Shown here piece after piece: positions 39,601 to 51,600 of a stretch of DNA of 64,000 nt (the stretch's first letter is position 1; each line of letters starts with the position of its first letter). The notes beneath the pieces are model-generated. The model saw only the letters and a program-made list of their open reading frames with translations. It ran no database searches and was not told where the DNA came from. A program made the position numbers and the translations under genes. Location: assembly GCA_002269645.1 (NCBI GenBank), contig NIVC01001157.1, positions 62,001-126,000 on the forward strand. The letters are read 5' to 3'. Source of the stretch: Macrostomum lignano (lineage: Eukaryota).

Positions 39601-42600
39601 GCTGCACACCCTTAGCACGACGCTTGTCCTTGGAGGAGTTTACTGCAGCAAAGGAATAGAGCTTGGGACGCAACAGGATCCACTCATAAAAGTTCGCTGT
39701 ACCATCGCTCTCATCCTTTACACAGCCTAACCTTGCTTTGCGTTCGCAAGTATACAAGCAATGGTCCTTGGGATAATTAGAGGTGTCCAGCAGCTCCATT
39801 TCGCACAGTTTAGGCAGAAACCATCGCTCGCCATCAGCATTCTTTAAGTGGAGGAAGAAAGAGTCAGTGTCACCGCCGAGCAGACTGAGGCTCGCACACG
39901 GTAACTGATTGACCAGCGGAAGCAGCTTATCATACCACAAGCTGTACATAATGAGTTTGCTGTTATCAAGGACACACTGTCCGATGTACACCGGTTTGTT
40001 GAGCTCGACTGTTGTCTTGCGCATGTGGACGAGAACAAGATTCTCATTAAATATCTCTTGATCTTCAAAGTTAGGTTTAGCTGCGAGCTTCTCCAACTTC
40101 TCTGCTGAGTTGACCAGGCGGTAGTCGACGCGTTTGCGCACGTTCTCCATGGTCTTTCCAAACAGAGAGTTGTTCAGCAGCTTATTATAATCCTTTTCAA
40201 ACTCATTTTTGGCTTGTGCACGCCGCTCACTATTACGTCGAATGTAAGGCTCGAGTACTGCTGCTTGCTGAAAGCGAACAATGCAGTGGACAGTACGCAG
40301 CCTAAGACCTAGACGGAGATAAAACTGTAGGATTCTGGCGTGTACAACATAGCTGGTTTTATCAAAGCATGTCAACATCAACTTGTCGCCTCCTGAATTA
40401 TATCCTCCGCAAGAGAGCCTCTGTCTAGAAAGTAGTTCCCAGAGCTGCTGCTGATGCGGCGGCATCCATTCCCATTGAGGCTGCGCCTTCTCTGGAGCAA
40501 GGGGCAAGTCTGATGTCTTGTCGTGCAACTCTGGGGGGTAATGGAGATCAACCTTTAGCAGGTATCCAACATCGCCCTCTGGGTCAAACTCATCCCTGAT
40601 CCATCTCTCAACCTCATTGTTTGGTGGTACAGTGTCAAGCACTTGGAACCCACACCATGGCAGTTTGGTGGACAAGGCGTGTCCGTAGAGGTTGTTGGCG
40701 TCGATGGGGATAAGATAGGTTTGAGGTTGATGCGAATCATACAGCTCACCGAGTCCGGGATGGTTGGCTTTGGCTCTGTGTGTGTTGACAAATGTCATAC
40801 CACCACGAGTACCCTCTTCAAATAAGCTGTACAACTCTGGACATTGCAGCAATTCAAGCTCCAATTTACAGTACTTAAGCGCTGCTTCGAAAGACATTCC
40901 CGGCGTCGTTATAAAATGCACTGGGTCTAGCCCATCCGAAGTGAGGCTCATTCGACGAAACGCCTCGAACACATCGGCGAGCTGGCGAATGTCCATTTCT
41001 AGGTATGCAAGCATGTAGTCGCGCAGTGTCTCACATCCAAACTCTCTCCAGGCACGCTGGGCAGTTGCATAGTCCTGATCATTGCAAGGCTCATTGTTCA
41101 AGTCGTTAGCAAAAGCTTCTTGGGATGGGAGCTGTTGCTCATCTAAATTCGAATCACTAGTTACATAGGAATAGGGGAACACCCCCTTTCGCAGTAGGAC
41201 TTCGGTGGAGGCGAGTGGATATCGCTGCTGCATCTCCATCGTGTAGTGACAGTCTACCGGGGTTAGATTGCGCACTAATTGAGCAAGACTCGACGCCATG
41301 AATTGGAAAGAGTCGAGAAAACGCAGACGCATGAATTTTGGCACCAAGCGATCTTTAGATGAGTCATAGACCGACTCAATAGGTATACGGGCCTCTAGAG
41401 TCATGTAACGCTCCTTTGTTTGTGCAATGACACTTAGTTCCCAATGTTTCATACGACCGATCACCGTGCTGCACAACAAGTGTGAATCATAACCTCGGAA
41501 ATTGTGAAAAAAGATTGGAAGAAAGTCGCGCTTGAGAACAGCTGACTCATTACACGACGGGCATGCAGCACCCAAAAACTTGCCATTGAGATGATCATGA
41601 TGAAAGTGGCGATCGTCATCAAGAACTTTCTCGCACAAGCAGCAATGAGTGGCAGTCTGGAACTGCTCTTCCTCCTGGACAGAGCGATTGGCAGGGTAAT
41701 GACTATGTCGCGCATTCCACTTGTATGCTGCAATGGCGACAGCCTCCAGTGCCTGTAGGAAGTGCATCATGCACTCATCCGACTTTTAAAACAGCTGCAT
41801 AGGACGTTTGGAGAGTGGAGGCCCAGCTACGTCACTTCTTTGGACAATAAGGAATCCGGCAGCGGCTGGAAGGTGGTGTGCAGTCTTAAAGGTAACACAG
41901 CCATCTAGCTCATCGTCTATGGGGGACATCATTGCTTCAAAATCTGCATAGATGACATGAGGTGGGGAGAGTGTTTTGTGCCATGCCTTGAATCGTAGTG
42001 TTTTATCCTTTGGCATCACCTCCTCCATGCTATCCTTACGGCCAATGCACCGCCGTCTATGAACGGATAGAGACTCAACCGTCCGGAACTTGCCTAGACA
42101 GCGATCGCACCAACGATATCTATGCGCGTCATGACTGTTCATTAGACGATCTAGGTTAGCAATAGCACACCAATGGTTGCCGGCATCAGTGGTAACCAAT
42201 AGAAGCAGGATCAATCGATGAGGTCGCCATTCCTGAATGAGATCTGCTGGGGCTGGGCGTAAGCACTGGGCATGGCCGTTAGTCCAGTTGAAGGCCGAGA
42301 TAGCCAATCCTGGATTGTTCTTTTCCACTCGACCCAGGTCATTCACGTTGGCAGGGAAAGGAACGTTGTCCCAACGGAGTTCGTCTTCCCACTCCCGGAA
42401 AGTGGAGCGTCGCAAAGGCTTCTCACTGCTGACACGGTCTGCGTGCAATGCAGACAGAACGGCATATTTCAGACAGTCGTTCCCACTGGAGTAGGCATTG
42501 ATCACTGCCTTTTTAGCCTTTAGCTTTGGTGGAAGTTCAAATGGGTTGGAACTTATACCTGAGCCATGAGGCAACTGATATCTTACAATGGAAAGATCTA

Positions 42601-45600
42601 CGCAGCGAGTGGAGTCAATTGTCCACCCACTGCCATTGCGAAGGTATTTGCTCAGTCGTTCCAAAATAAGTGGGATTTCCCGAACAAAGAAATCTTCTTC
42701 CTCATCTGAAAGGACTTCGGCCGTTTCACTGGCAAACCAGGCTGTGCTCTGCGCCACAAAGCTGCCACCAGCCCAACGCTGCATAGACACGCCGAGTCGG
42801 ATTTGGACCTTGATGGCAAAGCCTGGTTTCGAACGCAGATCTGCCAGGAGTTCTGTGCCTGAAGCAATGGATGACTCCAGGGCGTCGATGGGATCGCCGG
42901 CAACGATCCGCCGATAGAGTCGCGTCTGGCCGAAAAATGCTTCTTTAATTAATTGGAATTGACATGGTTCATCAGAAAATAAAGTTGGAATAATTGGGCA
43001 CACTGAGTAGTGAGCTAATATGTCACCGGGCACTGTCTGACTACAGTATTCACAAAATGTCATGTTTAAAATTTAGAACGCAAAATTTAAAAGTCTTTAA
43101 ATAAAACTCTAGGACCGAAAAACTGTGAGCTTTCCTTCCGGCTGTGTGCGAGATTATATACGACGAGAGTTGGTAAGTAACACCAGCTCCCGCTCCATAG
43201 CAATAACCAATCCGAACCCCGAATCCAACCCCACACAACAGCCCTCTCACAGGAACTCTCGGCAAATCAGGAGCCCTTCCGGGGACCACTCAGCCATTTA
43301 GAAACCAGCTCCTGTTCCATAGAAATAACTAATCCGAACCCCAAATCCAACCCCCACACAGCAGCCCTTTCGCAGGAACTCGGGCCTTAACAAAGTCTCA
43401 GCCATCAACGTAACAGGAGGTGGCGGGACCTTCTTGCGGCCCTCTGGCCGCCAAGAAGTAGCGTTCTAGGTCTAACGACCTCACGCTGTACCCGCCACAG
43501 CAAGATACAGTACAACCAAAGCATGGAATGAGGGTTTTGCCTTGGCTAGCTTTAAAGGCGGTAAGTGAGACAGGTAATAAGACTTGGGTTTAGGAATTAG
43601 GAGGGGGGAATTGGTTTTGGTTAGGGTACAGGATAGAAGGACCTTGCTACATGGGATGGGGCAAGGCGTAGGATAGGAGGGGGCCTTGGTATGGGATGCA
43701 TGGGGTGCAGGACAGGAGGGGGTCTTGGTATGGGATGCACGGGGTGCAGGACAGGAGGGGTGTAGGACAGGAGGGGGTCTTAGTATGGGATGCATGGGGT
43801 GCAGGACAGGAGGGGGTCTTGGTATGGGATGCACGGGGTGCAGGACAGGAGGGGGTCTTGGTATGGGATGCACGGGGTGCAGGACAGGAGGGGGTCTTGG
43901 TATGGGATGCACGGGGTGCAGGACAGGAGGGGTGTAGGACAGGAGGGGGCCTGGTTTGGGGTCGGGGGTGGGTGCGTGGGTTTGGGGTCGGGATTGGGTG
44001 CGTGGCGGTGGTGGGTTTGGGGTCGGGGTGGGTTTGGGGGTCGGGGTGGGTTTGGCGTCGGGGTGGGCGTCTTCGGGGCGCCCTCTCCCCTCATTGGCCG
44101 GGTGCCCCGGCCAATCCCGTGCGATGGCGGTAGAGGGTACCACTTTCCTACTACTGATAAGATTCATTGAGACTGATTGATAAGATCCAGTGAGACTGAT
44201 TGATAAGATTCATTGAGACTGATTGATAAGATTCATTGAGACTGATTGATAAGATCCAGTGAGACTGATTGATAAGATTCATTGAGACTGATTGATAAGA
44301 TTCATTGAGACTGATTGATAAGATTCATTGAGACTGATTGATAAGATTCATTGAGACTGATTGATAAGATTCATTGAGACTGATTGATAAGATTCATTGA
44401 GACTGATTGATAAGATTCATTGAGACTGATTGATAAGAACCAGGGAGATTGATTCATAAGATGCGGTGAGATTGATTGATTGATTGATAGGATCCAGTGA
44501 GATTGATAGGATCCAGTGAGATTGATAGGATCCAGTGAGATTGATAGGATCCAGTGAGATTGATAGGATCCAGTGAGATTGATAGGATCCAGTGAGATTG
44601 ATAGGATCCAGTGAGATTGATAGGATCCAGTGAGATTCAATGATTCAATCTAGATTCTGCCAATCGCAGTCGCAGTTGATTGATGATCCCTAAATTGCAA
44701 AATCTCTTATCTCAGACAGGCAATGTCAGCGCTGACAGATGAGATCAACGCTTTCTTATCAGCAGAGACCGGCCAGGCTGCCATGTCAGTTGAGGAGGCC
44801 GCCCTAGGCTTCGTGCGAGTCGCCAACGAGTCAATGTGCCGCCCTATTAGGGCTCTGACCCAGGCTAAGGGGCACAATACGGCTAAGTAAGTCTGGGACA
44901 TTGGGGTCTGGTTTAGCTTTGCTTGCTGCTGATTACCAATCTGTATCTATTTGTCACTCTTTATTACCTATCTGTCACTCCATAGTTAACTGTTTGTCAC
45001 TCCATAGCTACCTCTGTCACTCTATAGCTACCTATCTGTCACTCCATAGCTACCTCTGTCACTCCATAGCTACCTATCTGTCACTCCATAGCTACCTATG
45101 GATACATATCTACATAACTCCATATAACTCCATAGCTACATATCCGCCACGCCCTAACCGCCATAGCTATCTATCTGGCACTCCATAGCTGCAGGGTGGT
45201 CCGTAGACACAGCGGGGAGGCGAGGGTCGCCCATTCCGCTACACTCCATAGCTACCTGTCTGTCACTCCATAGCTACCTGTCTGTCACTCCATACCTACC
45301 TGTCTGTCACTCCATAGCTACCTGTCTGTCACTCCATAGCTACCTGTCTGTCACTCCATAGCTACCTATCTGTCACTCCATAGCTACCTATGGATACATA
45401 TCTACATAACTCCATATAACTCCATAGCTACATATCCGCCACGCCCTAACCGCCATAGCTATCTATCTGGCACTCCATAGCTGCAGGGTGGTCCGTAGAC
45501 ACAGCGGGGAGGCGAGGGTCGCCCATTCCGCTACACTCCATAGCTACCTGTCTGTCACTCCATAGCTACCTGTCTGTCACTCCATACCTACCTGTCTGTC

Positions 45601-48600
45601 ACTCCATAGCTACCTGTCTGTCACTCCATAGCTACCTGTCTGTCACTCCATAGCTACCTGTCTGTCACTCCATAGCTACCTGTCTGTCACTCCATAGCTA
45701 CCTGTCTGTCACTCCATAGCTACCTGTCTGTCACTCTATAGCTACCTGTCTGTCACTCCATAGCTACCTGTCTGTCACTCCATAGCTACCTGTCTGTCAC
45801 TCTATAGCTACCTGTCTGTCACTCCATAGCTACCTATCTGTCACTCCATAGCTACCTGTCTGTCACTCCATAGCTACCTGTCTGTCACTCCATAGCTACC
45901 TGTCTGTCACTCCATAGCTACCTGTCTGTCACTCCATAGCTACCTGTCTGTCACTCCATAGCTACCTGTCTGTCACTCCATAGCTACCTGTCTGTCACTC
46001 CATAGCTACCTATCTGTCACTCCATAGCTACCTGTCTGTCACTCCATAGCTACCTGTCTGTCACTCCATAGCTACCTGTCTGTCACTCCATAGCTACCTG
46101 TCTGTCACTCCATAGCTACCTGTCTGTCACTCCATAGCTACCTGTCTGTCACTCCATAGCTACCTGTCTGTCACTCCATAGCTACCTGTCTGTCACTCCA
46201 TAGCTACCTGTCTGTCACTCCATAGCTACCTGTCTGTCACTCTATAGCTACCTGTCTGTCACTCCATAGCTACCTGTATGTCACTCCATAGCTACCTGTC
46301 TGTCACTCCATAGCTACCTGTCTGTCACTCTATAGCTACCTGTCTGTCACTCCATAGCTACCTGTCTGTCACTCCATAGCTACCTGTCTGTCACTCTATA
46401 GCTACCTGTCTGTCACTCCATAGCTACCTGTCTGTCACTCCATAGCTACCTGTATGTCACTCCATAGCTACCTGTCTGTCACTCCATAGCTACCTGTCTG
46501 TCACTCCATAGCTACCTATCTGTCACTCTATAGCTACCTGTCTATCACTCCATAGCTACCTGTCTGTCACTCCATAGCTACCTGTCTGTCACTCCATAGC
46601 TACCTGTCTGTCACTCCATAGCTACCTGTCTGTCACTCCATAGCTACCTATCTGTCACTCTATAGCTACCTGTCTGTCACTCCATAGCTACCTGTCTGTC
46701 ACTCTATAGCTACCTGTCTATCACTCCATAGCTACCTGTCTGTCACTCCATAGCTACCTGTCTGTCACTCCATAGCTACCTATCTGTCACTCTTTAGCTA
46801 CCTGTCTATCACTCTATAGCTACCTGTCTATCACTCCATAGCTACCTGTCTGTCACTCTATAGCTACCTGTCTATCACTCCATAGCTACCTGTCTGTCAC
46901 TCCATAGCTACCTGTCTGTCACTCCATAGCTACCTGTCTGTCACTCTATAGCTACCTGTCTATCACTCCATAGCTACCTGTCTATCACTCTATAGCTACC
47001 TGTCTGTCACTCCATAGCTACCTGTCTGTCACTCCATAGCTACCTGTCTGTCACTCCATAGCTACCTGTCTGTCACTCTATAGCTACCTGTCTATCACTC
47101 CATAGCTACCTGTCTGTCACTCTAATCCCACCGCCTCACCCGCAGGCACGCCCTGGCCTGTTTCGGCGGAGCCGGCGGTCAGCACGCTTGTGCAATCGCC
47201 CGCAGTCTGGGCATGACTCGGGTTTTTGTGCACAAGTACTCCGGCATCCTCAGCGCCTTCGGCCTCGCGCTGGCCGATGTGGTGCACGAAGCTCAGGAGC
47301 CTTGCGCCCTGGAGTACCGGCAGGGTAGGCGAGCGGTTTGCATCTGCTTCTGTGTCCGTGTTCTGTGTCCGGTGCCTCTATGGTCTCTGTCCTGTGTCTA
47401 TGGTCTGTGTCCCGTGTCTCTATGGTCTGTGTCTTGTGTCTCTATGGTTTGTGTCCTGTGTCTCTATGGTTTGTGTCAGGTGTCTTTGGTTTGTGTCAGG
47501 TGTTTCTATGGTCTGTGTCATGTGTCTATGGTCTGTGTCCCGTGTGTCCAGTCTGTGTCCAGTCTGTGTCCAGTCTGTGTCCCGTGTGTCCAGTCTGTGT
47601 CCAGTCTGTCCAGTCTGTGTCCTGTGTGTCCAATCTGTGTCCCGTGTGTCCAGTCTGTGTCCAGTCTGTCCAGTCTGTGTCCTGTGTGTCCAGTCTGTCC
47701 AGTCTGTGTCCAGTCTGTCCAGTCTGTGTCCTGTGTGTCCAATCTGTGTCCAGTCTGTCCAGTCTGTGTCCTGTGTGTCCAATCTGTGTCCTGTGTGTCC
47801 AGTCTGTGTCCTGTGTGTCCAATCTGTGTCCAGTCTGTCCAGTCTGTGTCCTGTGTGTCCAATCTGTGTCCTGTGTGTCCAGTCTGTGTCCTGTGTGTCC
47901 AATCTGTGTCCTGTGTGTCCAGTCTGTGTCCAGTCTGTCCAGTCTGTGTCCTGTGTGTCCAATCTGTGTCCAGTTTGTCCAGTCTGTGTCCTGTGTGTCC
48001 AATCTGTGTCCTGTGTGTCCAGTCTGTGTCCAGTCTGTCCAGTCTGTCCAGTCTGTGTCCTGTGTGTCCAATCTGTGTCCTGTGTGTCCAGTCTGTGTCC
48101 TGTGTGTCCAATCTGTGTCCTGTGTGTCCAGTCTGTGTCCAGTCTGTCCAGTCTGTGTCCTGTGTGTCCAATCTGTGTCCAGTTTGTCCAGTCTGTTTCC
48201 TGTGTTTCCAATCTGTGTCCTGTGTGTCCAGTCTGTCCTGTGTGTCCAGTCTGTGTCCTGTGTGTCCAGTCTGTGTCCTGTGTGTCCAATCTGTGTCCTG
48301 TGTGTCCAGTCTGTGTCCAGTGTTTCCAATCTGTGTCCAGTCTGTGTCCTGTGTGTCCAGTCTGTGTCCTGTGTGTCCCGTCTGTGTCCCCGTCTTTACT
48401 CCAAATTGTCTATTCCAAATGGTTGTGTTCATTCCGCAGACAACCTGGCCAGTATTGAGAAGCGATTCCAGCATCTGGAGGGAGAGTGCTTGGCCAAGTT
48501 AACTCAACAAGGCTTCGATAAGTAAGTTGAGCATAAATGTTCCGTGTTTTTACTCTAGAAAGTTGAAAAAATGTTTAATAAGGAACTCAACGGTTAACGT

Positions 48601-51600
48601 GTCTAAATCCCGCGCTGGAGAATATTCTACTATTCTACCCATTCTGCTGCATCCTGAGCACACGTGCAAGCGTGTCAATACTGTAAGGGACCAGAATCGT
48701 TAACGAGACATTGCAAACGAGTCGTTGGTTGTGTTAACGCTTAACTTTCTACTAACTTAAGTTGTTACATGTATAGATGCGCTTCAGACACAACTCGGTG
48801 CTTCTACAGCGACTCAGGTGCGACTCTACGGCCCCAGAGTCGGACAATAAAACGCCTTGAAAATTGACTTTTTGTGACGACTTTTTGGCGACCTTTGGCG
48901 TGAATTTTCGTCGTTTAAGAGTCGTCGTCACAGCTATTCATGAATGAAGATCCTAATAATAGCCAAACAAAGATACGCCGGCTTTGGTTTATTACCTCTA
49001 CTTAAACCATAGACAAATCTTGTATATAACAGCAATTTTTATAGTGCTCGTATCAAAAAAGCAACCGTTTAGCCAAAGCAAAGCTTGAATTTATTTTTAT
49101 TAACACCCGCTGTTGAGGTAATACTACATCTAGAAAACAAGAAATCTTTGTCATGTTAAAAAAGAACCATCACCATGGCAACGACGACAAGTTGGCGCAC
49201 GCGTCTTCAACTGGTTCAAATCGTCGTCAGCGTTATTTTAACAAAACTGGCACCAATTCAAATTCAAATTCGTGCGGTAGCGGGATAGTAGCTACTGTTG
49301 AGCAGCCTACTCATGTTCCAGCGTCAATTCGATGTCCCCCAATGCTCAGTCCATTTGGTTGTCAAGCGGAAGTTTGTGGCGGCAATGATAATAACTTTGA
49401 AGCATTGTTCAGCCAACGAGAGGAATTGTTTAACTGGCTGGACAAGCAGGCCAACAATAACTCTGGTGAAAGCAGTTCAAGGAAAGTCGCTTCGAAGGAG
49501 ACTTCCCGTAGAGAAGTTGAAAACTGGTACTACATGCACTTCCGGTTTCGAATGCAAGGCTATCAGTCCTTGATTTATGCTATCAGACAGTCTGCTAGGG
49601 AGGACAGCGTCTTTAGCGAAGATCATCTGGACAAGTGGACTTTCAAAATGCGATTCAGAATTAGGAAGTCTTCGCCATTGAAGGTAATCCAGGCAGTTCT
49701 GTGTAGGGAGAGTGACAGTTGATTTAGGGAATGTGACAGTAGATTTAGAGAGTGTGACAGTATATTTAGAGAGTGTGACAGGGTATTTAGGGAGTGTGAC
49801 AGTATATTTAGGGTGTGACAGTGTATTTAGGGAGTGCGACAGTGTATGTAGGGAGAGTGACAGTGTATTTAGAGAATGTGACAGGGTATTTAAGGAGTGT
49901 GACAGTGTATTTAGGGAGTGTGACAGTCGATTTAAGGAGTGTGACAGTGTATTTAGGGAGTGTGACAGTGTATTTACGGAGTGTGACAGTATATTTAGGG
50001 AGTGTGACAGTATACTTAGGGAGTGTGACAGATGATCAAGGGAGTGTGACAGTTACTAAAAGGAAATGTGAACAGTCACTTCCCATACCTGAAATTGAAG
50101 ACCGCATTGGTGGCCTGCGCATCCCGCCTTGGCCTGGAGTCCGACCCGGATGTAATCTTCTGCATCGATGGTTTCTATGGTGACGCATTGTCTGGTCGGG
50201 TGCACAATCGAAACGAGGTGCCAAACCGCGTTGTCGTTGCAACTAGCACGTGCCGGGCCCTTGGTCTGGGCAACGGGAGCTGTCTGTTTGTCAGTCGGGC
50301 AAGTCGTAACGAGCGCGACAATGCCAACATGCAGGTGCAGCTGGACCTGCTCAGAGGCTTTGTTGTCGACGATGGAGACGAGCTCGGATACGAACATGAT
50401 GATGAAGGAATTTTTGGCAGAGTTTCTGCCACCACTAGAGAGTCCAAAGGTAGTCGCAGCAGCTCGTCGGAGAGTCTGTACTTCCAGACGGAGGGAATGG
50501 CCAATTTTCCAGTTAATGTGTTTCAAACCGAAAAGAGCGGGAGTAAAAGATCGCTCCTGAAAGAATGACTCGATTCTACAGTGTACGAATCGTAGGATTG
50601 CCAAGTGATCCTGCTCATGTGAATACCAAAGACATTGAAACCGAGCTTTTAGGGTCACGTGACCCTATTCATTAGAAAACAGGCACCTTGAAACGGAGCT
50701 TTTAGGGTCACGCAACCCTATTCATTAGAAAACAGGCACCTTGAAACGGAGCTTTTAGGGTCACGTGACCCTATTCATTAGAAAACCGACATCTTGAAAC
50801 GGAGCTTTTAAGGTCACGTAACCCTATTCATTAGAAAACAGGCACCTTGAAACGGAGCTTTTAGGGTCACGTGACCCTATTCATTAGAAAACCGACATCT
50901 TGAAACGGAGCTTTTAAGGTCACGTAACCCTATTCATTAGAAAACAGGCACCTTGAAACGGAGCTTTTAAGGTCACGCAACCCTATTCATTAGAAAACAG
51001 AAATCTTGAAACGGAGCTTTTACGGTCACGCAACCCTATTCATTAGAAAACCGACATCTTGAAACGGAGCTTTTAAGGTCACGTAACCCTATTCATTAGA
51101 AAACCGACATCTTGAAACGGAGCTTTTAAGGTCACGTGACCCTACTTATTAGAAAACAAACCCCTTGAGACGGCGCTTTTAGGGTCACTTAACCCTATTA
51201 ATTCTTGAAACGACGCTTTTTAGAGTCACGTGACCCTAAAATATTCTTAGAAAGCAGGCAACTTGAAACAACGCTTTCAGGGTCACGTGACCTTACTTAT
51301 TATAAAAAAAGACATCTCAGTACAGCGCTTTTAAGGTCGCGTGACCGTACTATTAGAAAACAGACATCTTGAAACAATCTTGTCTGGGTCACGTGACCCT
51401 AATGCTCATTATAGAGCTAAGATATCTTGCGACGACTCTTTATGCGTCACGTGACCCTACTCATTTGTATACACGAGCATCTATCTTAGAGAGCGCTTTT
51501 AAGGTCACGTAATCGTATAGTTGTTTGAAAACAGACTCGAAAATCTATATCTAGCGTCTTCAGGGTCACGTAAAATTTACAGATATTACTTTAAAAATCG

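Larger units (their letters stand above)
32458..44155. mobile_element. Polinton/Maverick element, 11,698 bp, internally deleted (no capsid genes), inserted in OPLAH intron 7
   Basis: 5'-AGTAGT...ACTACT-3' termini, ~1.05-kb TIRs, 6-bp TSD GATAAG (32452-32457 and 44156-44161). Encodes pPolB, RVE integrase, A32/FtsK-like packaging ATPase and an adenain-type protease fragment, which is the established Polinton hallmark set. Confidence 0.96.

Noticed and set aside
41780-41812. Intron or programmed frameshift to bypass the pPolB stop
   Set aside because: The nearest GT...AG is only ~22 nt, too short, and both halves are already in frame, so no shift is needed.
32458-44155. Assembly chimera or contaminating viral contig
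   Set aside because: It has an exact 6-bp TSD, the host minisatellite resumes in register, and the flanking OPLAH exons 7 and 8 join in phase.
47213-48525. Cys-rich 300-430 aa ORFs ([11 protein letters not shown]; DTQDTDWTH)
   Set aside because: Intron-9 minisatellite read-through from OPLAH exon 9; correct splicing restores the OPLAH frame.
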